Below, piece by piece: positions 14,645-27,653 of a stretch of 64,000 nt of DNA. A program made the translations under genes and the position numbers. The stretch lies in contig NC_042999.1 in assembly GCF_006345805.1 (NCBI RefSeq), positions 28,706,001 to 28,770,000 of the forward strand. The letters are read 5' to 3'. Below the pieces are notes generated by a model. The model worked only from the letters and a program-made list of their open reading frames with translations. It was not told the origin of the DNA and did no database searches. Numbering within the stretch: the stretch's first letter is position 1; each line of letters opens with the position of its first letter. This DNA is from Octopus sinensis (taxonomy: Eukaryota).

Positions 14645-15265
14645 AAAATATATATGCACTACAAAATCCGCAATCCTGCCTATTGGTATGAACATCATCC
14701 TGATTCAATCATTGAAGGTTAAAATATCACTATCCTCTGGTATTTTCCAGTTAATACTGACAGAACGATCTAGGTTAATCTACCAGACACGAATATTAAA
14801 GACACGGAAGAAAATTCTTCTACACTAAGTAATGTAAGTTTTCCCACTGATAAAAATTATCTGTCAAAGAATTTGTCTAATTAAATATAAATATCTGGAA
14901 ATTAAGATACGAAAGTTGTGGCATCTCAAAACGAGAAGGTTTCTTGTTATTGTAGGTGTCCTAGGAATGGTGGAAGAGGGTTGACAGAAACATCTAGACA
15001 AGGTCCCAGGAGAACCATATTTCAGAGAAATCCAAAAGAATGTGCTGATATATACTGACCATATCCTTCGAAAATCCCTATCCCTTTACATTTCTGTCTA
15101 GTATTTCATGAAGATATTTCACTACCTCCTCTCTCCAAGCTTTCAATCATACAGTAACATATCTTATCGTTCAATCACCCGAGGTTGCTAGGTGTGTCTC
15201 GGCGACTGGCTATATGAAAGAAGCATAATAGAATGTAAGAAATATGCATAAAAGTAATGATAATG
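14645..15265 (+). mobile_element. Decayed R4/Dong-type LINE 3' end (restriction-like endonuclease region)
   Basis: WYEHHPDSIIEG*NITILWYFPVNTDRTI*VNLPD; 3' UTR shared with 38990-39280. Confidence 0.7.
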
Positions 15266-15343
15266 ATAATAATCCACTCTACAAAACATTCTGAAATGTT
15301 GGTGGAGGTGGATAATCAATTTCATCGGTCTCAGCGTTTCATT

Positions 15344-15476
15344 GGTATTTCATTTATCGACCCCAAAAGGATGTACTTCAAATTCGACCTCGGCGGAATC
15401 TGATCTCAGAACGTAGCAGCAGACGAAATAACGCTAAGCATTTCGCCCAGAGGTTTAACAACTCTGCCAGCTTGCC
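15344..15476 (-). mobile_element. SINE family B 5' half
   Basis: Reverse complement GGCAAGCTGGCAGAGTTGTTAAACC...GAGATCAGATTCCGCCGAGGTCGAATTTG matches 31736-31830. Confidence 0.75.
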
Positions 15477-15481
15477 CACTT

Positions 15482-15617
<136 letters not shown>

Positions 15618-15619
15618 TG

Positions 15620-16150
15620 ATGCCCTGAAGAAGTACCAGGCGGAATCGGTCATGACAAGTGTCCTGATGCAGTACGTGGTAGGGCCGCTCATAGCTCCTG
15701 ATCGTAACTGATTTTAAGTGTCACTATGTACATTGTTTTGTCTGGTATAAGAAATGGGCTACAGCAAATATTCTGCTCAGTACCACAGATTTGCTTGTCA
15801 GTTGTTTGGCTGTAATCGTTTCAGCATTACCCTTAGTGGCTGACAATGCGTGCCGCGCTTGTCACGAGCAGAGTAGTGTGGAGCATCATAGCCATGTGCT
15901 GAGGGGAATTCTGTGTGGTTTGAATAATTCACATCTGGAAACATGGGTGTTTCGTTTCTCATCCTTAAAATAAATCTTATTCAAGGATAATGTGAGGAAT
16001 GGGCTATGTGACCTGAATGAAATTCTACCTGTGCCCCACTTACAAGGTCATTTCCTGTTAATCTTGATATGAGATCACTATCTCACACACATAATGTTTT
16101 GGATGCAGGTGTTTGGTGTAACTTTATCACACGGGTTGTATATTTTACCC
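15620..16150. repeat. Unclassified interspersed repeat, copy 1
   Basis: 15717-16003 is clearly similar to 19271-19563 (CTACAGCAAATATTCTGC, CATCATAGCCATGTG, GAATAATTCAC..GGAAACATGGGTGTTTCG). Confidence 0.75.
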
Positions 16151-16169
16151 CGTAATGCTCTGTCACTCA

Positions 16170-16376
16170 ATGATAATACTAAAAACTACTACTACTACTA
16201 ATAATAATAATAATAATAACAATAATAATACTATTACAACTACTACTACTCTACTTATGATAATAATAATAATATTGATAATAATAATAATATTTATAAT
16301 AATAATAATAATGATAATAATAATAATAATAATAATATAATGATAATAATAATAATATAATAATAATAATATAATA

Positions 16377-16429
<53 letters not shown>

Positions 16430-16462
16430 TAATAATAATAATAATATAATAATAATAATAAT
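16170..16462 (+). repeat. Compound (ACT)n/(AAT)n microsatellite
   Basis: Direct reading. Confidence 0.95.
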
Positions 16463-16939
16463 AACGAAAACGAGAAAGTAACCATACTCTGGGATATGCC
16501 GATACACACAGATAGAGAAATTAAGGCCAACAGACCAGATATAGTTGTCAGAGATCATGAAGAAAAAAATGCTTTCTAATTGATGTATCAATACCGGCAG
16601 ATGACAACGTGTCTCTAAAAGAAATGGAGAAACTCTCAAAATACAAAGACCTGGAAATAGAGGTAACTAGAATGTGGAACCTGAAAACAGAAACAATTCC
16701 TATCATAGTAGGTGCATTAGGCATGAAAAAAAATATTCAGACAAATACATAACAAAAACACCAGGACTTACAAACACATATAACATACAGAAAATTGCAC
16801 TACTAGGCACTGCACACATCCTACGCGAACATTTTCCATACAATAACCATCAGAGCATCACAACAAATCACAGCACATACCCAAGGCACACAGAGCTGCG
16901 CTCGGTAGTGAAGTGAAAGCACGCTATAAAAATAAACTA

Positions 16940-16942
<3 letters not shown>
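16463..16942 (+). mobile_element. 5'-truncated R4/Dong-type LINE (RLE domain plus 3' UTR) in (AAT)n
   Basis: Frame not in the track: VTILWDMPIHTDREIKANRPDIVV...CFLIDVSIPADDNVSLKEMEKLSKYKDLEIEV; (AAT)n on both sides. Confidence 0.88.
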
Positions 16943-17022
<80 letters not shown>

Positions 17023-17023
<1 letters not shown>

Positions 17024-18208
17024 TGGCCTAGACACCTACCTGAAAATCTCTGAGGACTGGATGTTAAAACATGTCTCAAAACATGAAAACCAGAAAGCAT
17101 CATACTCAGTAACAAAACAGGCAAAGGAATATCTAAGTGAATTCCGAATACAACAAATTTCGGAATTAGAGATAGACATACAAGAAACAGGCACAGAAAA
17201 AGCTAAGCGCATGAAAACCCGTGCTAAATCTGCGGCCTTAGATATTTTGAATGATAAATGGCAAGAAAAACCTCTCTATGGCAAATACCCAAAGAGAGCG
17301 AATAATGCAGATGTTGACAAAGCCCTGACCCATCAATGGCTAAAGGCCTCTGGCTTAAAATCTGAAACAGAGGGGTTTATCATAGCAGCTCAAGATCAAT
17401 GCCTACCGACAAGAAACTACCAGGCCAAAATATTAAAGATCAGCAGCAGTCCAACGTGTCGTGTATGCCGACAACAAAATGAAACCATAGAACATATGGT
17501 CTCCAAGTGCAGTCTTCTAGCGCCTACAGAGTATCTCAACAGGCACGAGAGAGCTGCACAATATATTCAATGGGTAATCTGCAAAAAGCTGGATTTGCCC
17601 CATGAAAAAAACTAGTGGGAACACAAACCACCCCCAGTGCTTGAAAATGACCATATCTCACTCCTCTGGAACTTCACCATTCAAACTGACAGAAATACAG
17701 ATGCAAGTAGGCCAGACATCATATTGAAAGACTTCAAACAAAGAACATGCCTCCTCATTGATATGACTGTCCCAATCGATATAAACGTATCTGTCAAGAC
17801 CTACCAAAAACTAAGCAAATATAAAGATCTTGAAATAGAAATCAGCAAAATGTGGAACCTGATGACTAAAACAATACCTGTTGTCATAGGTGCTCTGGAA
17901 ATGATAGCAAAAGGAGCTAACTACGTAACTCAGATACCAGGAAACCCCAAAATGGCAGAAATTCAAAAGATAGTGCTCATATCCTACGCAAAATACTTTC
18001 TATGTAATCTCAAGGTTTAAAACAAACATTTTATTTTATTTTATTTTATTTTATTTTCTTAGACATCCACCAGTAGAACACAAAAAAAACAACCAAATAT
18101 ATGGCACACTAGGCATAACAACAACGTGAACTTCCAACCTGTTGTCTCTTGAGGTCTCCGGGTGAGACTTTTAGCCAACTTGTACAAATATAAAGCAAAA
18201 GTCAAACA
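17023..18208 (+). mobile_element. 5'-truncated R4/Dong-type LINE (CCHC zinc knuckle plus RLE)
   Basis: ORF 17061..17615 has HGKY-like YGKY, SETEGFIIAAQDQ and CRVC..ETIEHMVSKC; ORF 17637..18020 has RPDII..LIDMTVP..KLSKYKDL. Confidence 0.92.
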
Positions 18209-18233
18209 TATAATAATAATAATAATAATAAAT

Positions 18234-19108
18234 AAAAAAACCTCTGAGGACTGGATGTTAAAACGTGTCTCAAAACATGAAAACAAGAAAGCATCATACT
18301 CAGTAACAAAACAGGCAAAGGAACTACATGGAACAACCAGGCCAACATATTAAAGAACGACAGTAGCTCAACATGTGTGTGTAAACAGCAAAATGAAACC
18401 ATTCATCATGTTGTCTGTATGTGCAGTCTTCTTGCGCCTACAGAGTATCTCAACAGGCATGATAGAGCAGCACAATATATTCACTGGGTAATTTGCAAAA
18501 GCCCGGACCTGCCCCATAATAAAAACTGGAGGGAACAGAAACCAACTCCAGTGCTTGAAAATGATCACAACTCACTGCTCTGGAAGTTCACCATTGAAAC
18601 TGACAGAAAGAGAGATGCAAGTAGACCATACATTGTATTGAACGATTTCAGAGAGAAATCAAGCCTCTTCATCGATATGACTGTCCCGATCGACATAAAT
18701 GTATCTGCCAAGACCTACCAAAAACTGAGCAAGAATAAATATCTTGAAATAGAAATTAGCAAAATGTGTAACCTGAAGACTAAAACGATACCTGTTGTCT
18801 TAGGAGCCCTAGGAATGATAGCAAAAGGGGCTGATTCCTACCTATCTCAGATACCAGGAGACCCCAAAATGGCAGAAGTTCAAAATATAGTGCTCATGGT
18901 AGCTGCCCAGATCCTGCGTAAAATACTGTCTATGTAACATCAAATTTTAAAATAAACTCATAAGTTTCTTCTTTTCTTAAAAATTCTCTAGAATTATATT
19001 CTGTGCAAAACCAAATATATGACACCCTAGGCATAAAACGAACATGGACTACAAACTTGGGTGAGACTTCGATTCAACTTGTACAAATACAAAGCAAATT
19101 ACAAAAAA

Positions 19109-19110
<2 letters not shown>
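18234..19110 (+). mobile_element. Third tandem R4/Dong-type copy, same subfamily as 17023, with an internal deletion
   Basis: First ~90 bp match 17043-17130, then the sequence jumps to the zinc-knuckle region; ORF 18377..18937. Confidence 0.9.
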
Positions 19111-19142
<32 letters not shown>

Positions 19143-19177
19143 TACTACTACTACTACTACTATACTACTACTACTAC

Positions 19178-19259
<82 letters not shown>

Positions 19260-19270
19260 ATAATTATAAT

Positions 19271-19563
19271 AAGTCACCATGTACATATTGGTATAAAACA
19301 TGGACTACAGCAAATATTCTGCAGAATACCACAGATTTCCTTGTCAGTTGTAATTGTTTGACCTTAACCAGTTGAGCATGCCCCTTACTGGCTGACGATA
19401 TGTGCATCTCTGATCACGAGCAGAAGTAGTGGGGGAGCATCATAGCCATGTGTTGAGAGGGATTCTGTGGGGTTTGAATAATTCACCTCTAGAAACATGG
19501 GTGTTTCGTTCAACAACCTTAAACAACCCTTATTCGGGGACCTTTTGAATGGGATGGGCCCCA
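19271..19563. repeat. Unclassified interspersed repeat, copy 2
   Basis: Similar to 15717-16003; follows an (AAT)n/(ATT)n array. Confidence 0.75.
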
Positions 19564-19806
19564 CGATGTTAGAAGACAGTGATTAAAAATGCCTCATTTT
19601 ATTGCAAATACATTTTATGCATCAGGCTGACACATCACAAAATATTGTGCAATCGATTGTTTGAAATTTCTCATGAAGATGATAGTTTCCCCTTTTGAAA
19701 CACGTTTCCCTTTTCGAAAAGCTGTCCTGTCAGTGCGTATTGTCTCCAATTGAATTATAAGTACCTATTAGAAAACAAAAAGACACTGTTCCTATGAATA
19801 TCGTAC

Positions 19807-20064
19807 CTTGTTATCAACATCTGTTACTTGATATTTTCTAAATATTTGCAGTTGAATATCCGAAGAGTGTGAAGTTTGTACAGAGGAACACAACTGTAGA
19901 TTATAGGCTGTTTCAGTTAGTAGCCAAAACATTAAAATTGCGCCTCCTATCATCAAAAGAAAGAGAACAACGCCAAATGGAAACCAAAATATTCTAAATG
20001 ATGGATAGTCCAAACCCGGTCTTCTTTGATCATATATATTTACTCGATAGGGTTTGATTAAGTT
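19807..20064 (-). CDS. Candidate internal coding exon (86 codons, phase 0/0) of an unidentified membrane protein
   Basis: Pyrimidine-rich acceptor ...TTTTCCCCTCATTATCATTGAATTAG|AAC; donor AAG|GTACGA; frame open from acceptor to donor; hydrophobic FRIFWFPFGVVLFLLMIGGAILMFWLL. Confidence 0.45.
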
Positions 20065-20904
20065 CTAATTCAATGATAATGAGGGGAAAATAACGTTCAG
20101 TATTTATGTAAAGATGTTTCTATATGTATCCAAATAAATTGTGATAAACTTTCTGTTATTATTTGCTGTTTGCTGTATCGGAAGTTGTTTGTAGCTATGT
20201 GTGATTTTAATTCAAGCTCTTGTATGTATAACACAGATTTGCATTCCATTTATTTAACTAATAGCATTTAGAATTATCCACTGTGAAATTCGATAGAAGA
20301 ATTAATTTAATCGTAAGAGAAAAGATTTGTATATCAGTTTAATGTAATTTGAAAGAGAAGTGAACGATAACTTCAGTGACTTACTTTCACAATAAATCTT
20401 TTCATCGGTTTCTAATAATTCCCAATAGGACCACAGCAGAAATGCAGATAAATTTACTTAGCGTTTCAGAAATGCATTGATTTACGGATTAAGCTGCAGA
20501 AGCACGGATTTAAGATATGTTACAGGCATTATATCAGTCCAGGAAACAAATTATATAACTTTGCTCTAGTTTAATGGAAAAAAAAGATACGGAACTTGAA
20601 TGCATGTAAGTTTAAATTAAAAGAATCAATGTATAAGGAATAGAAGATCCGCATGAATATATGGAAAGATCAAAGAAACAACAGATTGCATTATTCTTAT
20701 CTAAAATGCAGAAGCTATTTCTTAATGGGGATTAAACAAGTAGGTGTGAGATACGTGTAAAAGACTGAGAGTGTATTTATCGGATGTTGTGTTATGTGTT
20801 TATTCTATTAGCTTCGGAAGCATTACCATATTACATAATACCTCATCCTTCACATGCCTTGCATAAAAAGTAATTCTGTGTACATCCATCACTCCATCCC
20901 TCCA

Positions 20905-20921
20905 TGCATCTATCTATTTAT

Positions 20922-21001
<80 letters not shown>

Positions 21002-21096
21002 TTATCTCTATTTATCTATATATCTGTCTATCTATCTATCTCTATTTATCTATCTATCTGTCTATCTATCTATGTATCTATCTATCTATCTATCTA
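20905..21096 (+). repeat. (TCTA)n microsatellite
   Basis: Direct reading. Confidence 0.95.
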
Positions 21097-21917
21097 GGCA
21101 CGCTTTCCCGCAGCTCGTCTCCATGACCGAACTGCAGTCGTGGATCAAAAAGAGGCCGAGGAAGGGCGAATGGCACCGCGAGTGTCGCGTTGCTCTCAAG
21201 CAACTCTGCCGTCCTGGGTCGACCTTAAGTGACTTCAACACAACCAAAGCATTCTATAGGGGTTTAGTGGAGGGGAGGTACGACGACGAGCTCGGGGCGA
21301 ACCTGGACGTCGACGAGGAGTACCTGACCCGCCTGTTCGGGACGACTTTCGGGCCAGGGCCCATGGACAACTTCCAGAGATCCCTGGCCTGGCAGTGCTA
21401 CCGAGAAGCGCTACCCGTTCGGGATAAGCTCTACAGACACGGCTCGAGAAACACGGGGCCGACCTGCCCGAGATGCGGTCAGAGCGACGAAACCGTTCTG
21501 CACGCACTCGTTCAGTGTCCAACAATTTCCGACCTGTGGGCTTATGTCGAACAACTGCTGTCACGTGTGGGACGAGTCGGTTTATCAGCTGAGTCTATCG
21601 TCAATATTGTCACGCCTCCTTCCTTCAAACGGGAAGGAAGAGCTATTTTCATCATCCTTGTGGCTATGGCGAAAGAATGTATCTGGTGGACGCGTCTGAA
21701 AGGATTGGAGACAAACACTTTCCTCTCTGGTCAATCTCTCATCAACTTCTTCAAGTACCACTTGAAAAGGAAAGTGAGAGTAGAGAGGCAAGTTTTGTCT
21801 AGCGAATGTTTTAAAAAAAGATGGGTGAATGTAGCAAGAATGGCACGTATGAATGACGAACCCACCTTGAGCATAGTCCTATGAACCCAGAAATCGAAAA
21901 CAGAGAGTTGCTTATTT

Positions 21918-21953
<36 letters not shown>

Positions 21954-22102
21954 AATATAAAATGTGACTTCATTGACCGAGGTTACCGTGGTCTTTTCCG
22001 CAGGCTTTTCTTTCCACGGGTAAACCTCACCTGTCCTCCCCTTTACACTTCATATTGACATTTCTGTGATAACGATCCCTATTGATCATTTTTTTTTCCT
22101 CT

Positions 22103-22135
<33 letters not shown>

Positions 22136-22296
22136 CCCCCCTTATTTTTGTCCTCTTTCTCTCCTTTTACGATCCCTTTTGATCGAACCTCCCCCTTCCT
22201 TTTTTTTTTTTTTTTTTTTTTAATACCTTCAAAAGAAAAGCTCTACCTTGTAATTTGTTCTATCTGTGTGCAGCCCTGTGTGGCTAATAAAGAAAC
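21097..22296 (+). mobile_element. 5'-truncated Tx1/L1-type LINE (ORF2 C-terminus with zf-RVT-like CCHC region, plus 3' UTR)
   Basis: Open frame to 21884: SLAWQCYREALPVRDKL...TCPRCGQSDETVLHALVQCP...KECIWWTR; GC-rich; (TCTA)n on both sides. Confidence 0.88.
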
Positions 22297-22297
22297 A

Positions 22298-22495
<198 letters not shown>

Positions 22496-23796
22496 ATATA
22501 TATATCTGTTTGTCTATGCATTGTACGTATGTGTGTATGTGTATATATACTCATTTCATGACGCCTTCGACACATTTGTGCATATATATATATATATATG
22601 CGTATAGCGGTATGTACATATACGTATAAATATATGCACATATATACATATGTTGTTTATATTATTATATGAATGAAAGCCACGTATCCACGTAATAAAA
22701 AAAAAATATCAATATATATATATATATATATATACGTGTGTGTCTCTGAGGGTGTTTTCATACAGGTTCCATTAAAAAAAATTGAAAAGTGTTGAATGAG
22801 ACCGGCGTGAAGCACATCCCACGCAAAATACGATGAAATCTACTTTAGTTCTAAAAGTCAACAGATCTGAATGAAAACTTCTCCACTTATCTTCTTTCTA
22901 AAGTGAGCCAGTTGTTACACGTCATTATTGTTCTTAATTAGTATGATATTCAAAGACATATATTTCGAAGGGTAATAAATCTGTATGAATTGTTATGTGT
23001 TGTTCAGTTATCTGACGAATACATAACCATTCATTAAGTCCAATAGAGATCCATAGCTTCCCCGCATACACACACTACACATTTATTGCCGCTTACATAA
23101 ATCCGCAGAATTATATGGGGAGCGATGAGATGCCTGTGTGTGTACATGCATTTCCCAACAGCATTAGTCGTGTAAATGAAATGAAATGGCTTCCAGCGAC
23201 AGGTGGTTATAATGTATACATGAATATTTTAAATGCACTAATATCTACGCGTAGCATATATTGACATTGTGTATATACAGTAAAATGAAAATTGAATAAA
23301 TTTTCACGAATAGATTATTTGTTTCTTTTAATGCATAATTCGGAAATGGAATGAAATAAAACTGCCTGGAAATTAATTTGAAAGTCTAATTAGATATTTT
23401 CTTTCGATCACAAAGAAAATGTAAAATAAATACCTCCAGACCCCACACTAAAAATCTTAAAAAATCTATTTCCATATTTTGTTCTTACATAATTCTCAGA
23501 ATTATACTGAAAAAATTTGAAAATCTATTAAGCCATCGTTTCACAATTCTTTTCACTGATCTCCAGAATAACTAATGTGTCACATCAGACAATTATAACG
23601 TAGTAAAAAATAAATTGAAATCTTGTAAAATAAAAAAAGCAAAAAAATATGTGTAATGCGTTTCCAACTTTTTCAAATTTGCTTTTTTTCCTATCTAAAT
23701 TTGTTGTTCTTTGTGTTGTCACTACATGTTATATAAAAGCGTCCATTAACCATTCTTGACTGGAATCTAATGGTTATTCTCTCTCTCTTTTTCTCC

Positions 23797-23830
<34 letters not shown>

Positions 23831-24103
23831 GATATCTTCGCTTTCTCATATACTCATTTTCTCCCTTTCTCACTTGTTTTTTTTATGGAATCCCATTTTA
23901 TTTCCCATGATACTACTTCTTTTCAATCTTTTACTGCATTTTTCTGACGTTGCATGTTCCATAAAAAAAGCGTTGTATAATGACTCGGTTTCCGAACTCC
24001 TTTTTATTTACGAATAAAACTGAAATGCACCCACCGATATCTATACGTTTAGATTAAAAAACACAACAACTTGGGATGGTTCATTTTCTATTAATTATAT
24101 GTA

Positions 24104-24173
<70 letters not shown>

Positions 24174-24402
24174 GTATGTGCTTGTGCGCCTGTAATTGAG
24201 ATAACCACCACACAAACGTGTGTGTAAATATATTTCAATGATTTGTTTTCTTCACTTATAAAGAAGGAGATTTCCATATGATCAATTCAGAAAAAAAAGA
24301 TTTGTTGAATCAATTAATTGCTGCGAACGGCCGAGGTATAGAGTGTATAATGTATAAATAAAAGGCAAGCATTAACGATATGTGGCAGAATAGAGAAATT
24401 AT

Positions 24403-24549
24403 ACGTGAGTGAACGATATATAAATGCCTATGCCAACACTACATTCTATCTACTCTCCGCCTTCACAAACAGAACTCTGCCAGGAGTTCCTGTCCCGAAG
24501 GTGGAGAAAATAGTGTTGGCATAGGTATTCATTTATCCTTCACTTACGT
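24403..24549. other. Imperfect rod-like hairpin (~147 nt) in non-microsatellite sequence
   Basis: ATGCCTATGCCAACACTA pairs with TAGTGTTGGCATAGGTAT; CTCCGCCTTC with GAAGGTGGAG; ACGTGAGTGAA with TTCACTTACGT. Confidence 0.75.
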
Positions 24550-27118
24550 GAACTTATTTATTCTTCAATTTGTTCTCCAGCTGCATAATTCTGATGGTCG
24601 ATCATTAGTGAGCAGTGATATAGCCCATTAGAAATAACAGTGAACTTTACTTGTATTGTGATCAAAAATCCTTTGTAAACAAAGGGAGCATTAAATAACG
24701 TGGGTTCAAATCTGAATAATAACAACAAAACACAATATGCATTAAGTTCCAGGCAAAATTTAAATACATATCAAACCTATAGGACCCACTGCTATCGAAA
24801 ATCGGTTTTCATGGCAATGTCATCCAAATTGCAGTATTTTAACCTAAACTTAACTAGCATTTACCTACAGTATATTTCATGCAAAAAGCACGTGATTCCC
24901 GTATAAAGGACACTAATGAAAATCAGAAGAATATTCTCACTGGCAGACTCAGTAAAATTATGATTAAAAATGGGATAATGCATTTCATGATATACTCACT
25001 CAAAATAAATAGGTTCATCTCGGTTGAACTTCATCTTGGTTAAAAAACAACCATTGAATTGAGTTCTTATGCAAAATCTTATAAACTTCATCTGAACATA
25101 GTAATCAAGTACACAACCTGAATTAAAAAAAAAAATTCTAATCTAGATATTTCACGTTTCCTCTGATAACTGTAGTAATCAAACCAAACCATAGCTAACA
25201 AAATTATTATGCATTTACTTCAAAATATATTTCTTTGTAATAACTATTCCAAAGTAACAAATATATATTTCAGTAACATTCTCTACACAGTGTTAGAAAT
25301 GTACTGAAAATCATAAGTATTGAAACAATTCAATCTCTGATTTGTCACTTCATCTGCTAAAATGGCACCAGATTCACCTTGGAATCTCACACTACTAATC
25401 TTCAAAATAAAATGGAATGTTTTGATATTACACACCACTGCTGGAAATAATTTGATAATATTTTAGGAGATAAAATATAGATGATCATACGAAAGTGTGA
25501 ATATTAATATTTTTCACCGTATTTCGTAACAGTTTGAATGCATGAATGTATAATTTATGGAGTGTCTACTTTCCTCAATTATCCCCAGCTTTGATACCAC
25601 AATATTTCTCTTAAATTTTTTTAGTGGAGGAGTCTCATGTGCAGTATTCAAGCCTGGCCTTCAGTTTAAATATAATTTAGTTTCTTCCTCCTATAAGCTG
25701 AAGAAAGCCTAGAAAGAGCATTGCTCGCTTCGCTCATTCCTTTCCATTGACCTTTTGAAAATGGATGAGGCGCAGAAATTTATAGAGACTGGTTTACTGA
25801 TTCAAGTTATTGCAAGCTGCCTTTCAACATCTCGAAAAATTGTGCTCGTGCATTAACAACACTATTTTAGGTTTCAAATAGTAAACAAATTTTGACAAAT
25901 ACTTGAAATGTTTATATAATATCCTTTAAACATGCCATCTCCGATAAATATTTTGAAGTCACATTTCTTAGATATTGGTGAAACGAACGGTAAAATGTGA
26001 ATTAATGTTATTGCTTGACAGCTTTCTTAACTCCATATGCATTAATCGTTTCGTAATAATGGAATTTGACCAGAGACATAGATTAAATTTCAAATCTTTG
26101 ATTTCATGTTATGCTTAAAATCTTATAACAAGAGGTATGGAAATTTGCGGTTACAATTCAATATATTCTAACTATTCAGCTAACATACATAATTCGTTGA
26201 TGCCTTCTCACGAGAATTTTAACTTCATGTAAATACTTTGTCTACGTTCAAGATTTATATATAATATTAAATCGATTATTAAATATCAAGGGACGAATTA
26301 AATTCAATGAAATGCAGTGCTAGAGCTTTCAAATTACATTGATTCAAAAACATAATCAAGAGACAATATCCCACTCGAGAATATTCACACTTGAAGTTGA
26401 GTCTATTGTTAGAGAATTGCCAGAATGAAAATGCAATATTTCAATAAATATATTTCTTGTAATCATTGTAACCGGAATATATTTCACTTTGCTTACGTAG
26501 TAGTATATAGGGACATGATTAACAATTTAATTATCTGGTTCTGGTGAAATCATATACTACATATTGTTAGAAATTTAAAGCAATCAATCATGCATTCCTT
26601 CAATTAAAATTCCATATATACAACGATATGAAATATTACATTACCTGCAAAAACTGGAGGCAAATTTCATTCAAAGTAAGACTCCTAATTTAGATCATAT
26701 GGGAGACGGAGTCTAAGGTACTAACAGATCTAGTGGTTTAAAATGAGGGTTGCGGCTATGGGAGCACTTCCTAGGTCTGCTCCATAACTAAGAACAATAA
26801 CAATATTTGAATTTTGTGATTCGAAATTTCTCAGTCTTCAAAAGACTATATCAAAATTAAAAAGATATTAGATTATTAAATGCCATTACACCATTTTCAG
26901 TACAAATGAAAAGATATTCATTTTAATTAGGAAGCAAGCATGTACTGTGGTTTCCTACTAGACTGAATGATTTATATATTGTATATTCTCTTTCAAGTCA
27001 TATTTCTCCTTCCATCTCAGCAACATGGTTCCTTGGCAAATATCTTCTTCAAAAGCAGTAGAGCAATAACATTATGAGAATAATTTACTAGGTGCGTTTT
27101 TGGCAATCTCTGTCGTAT

Positions 27119-27175
<57 letters not shown>

Positions 27176-27234
27176 CTATATGCGTGTGTGCATATGGCTA
27201 CAGGCTTATTCACAAACGTGTATCTCTCTCTCTA

Positions 27235-27275
<41 letters not shown>

Positions 27276-27539
27276 TCGAAATAAGCAACAAGGGTATCCA
27301 GAGGTAATAGAGTACGATCGTTTCATGCAACTCCATTTAATTCAACACGCAAATCATTGCATCATTTTAAAATGCAGAGCAATATTCAGCTGCACAAAGA
27401 TATAGAATTTAATTAAACTAGAACAGATGAACACATTAGTATAATTATAGGTAAAAAGTTAAGAAGAAGGAAAAATAACATGGTGTCTCACTCCAGCTCA
27501 CCCAAAGTATATATATATACATATATATATATACATACA

Positions 27540-27653
<114 letters not shown>

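Noticed and set aside
25690-25735. CUGAAGA...GAAAG motif
   Set aside because: No U at position 16.1 and no credible stem II.
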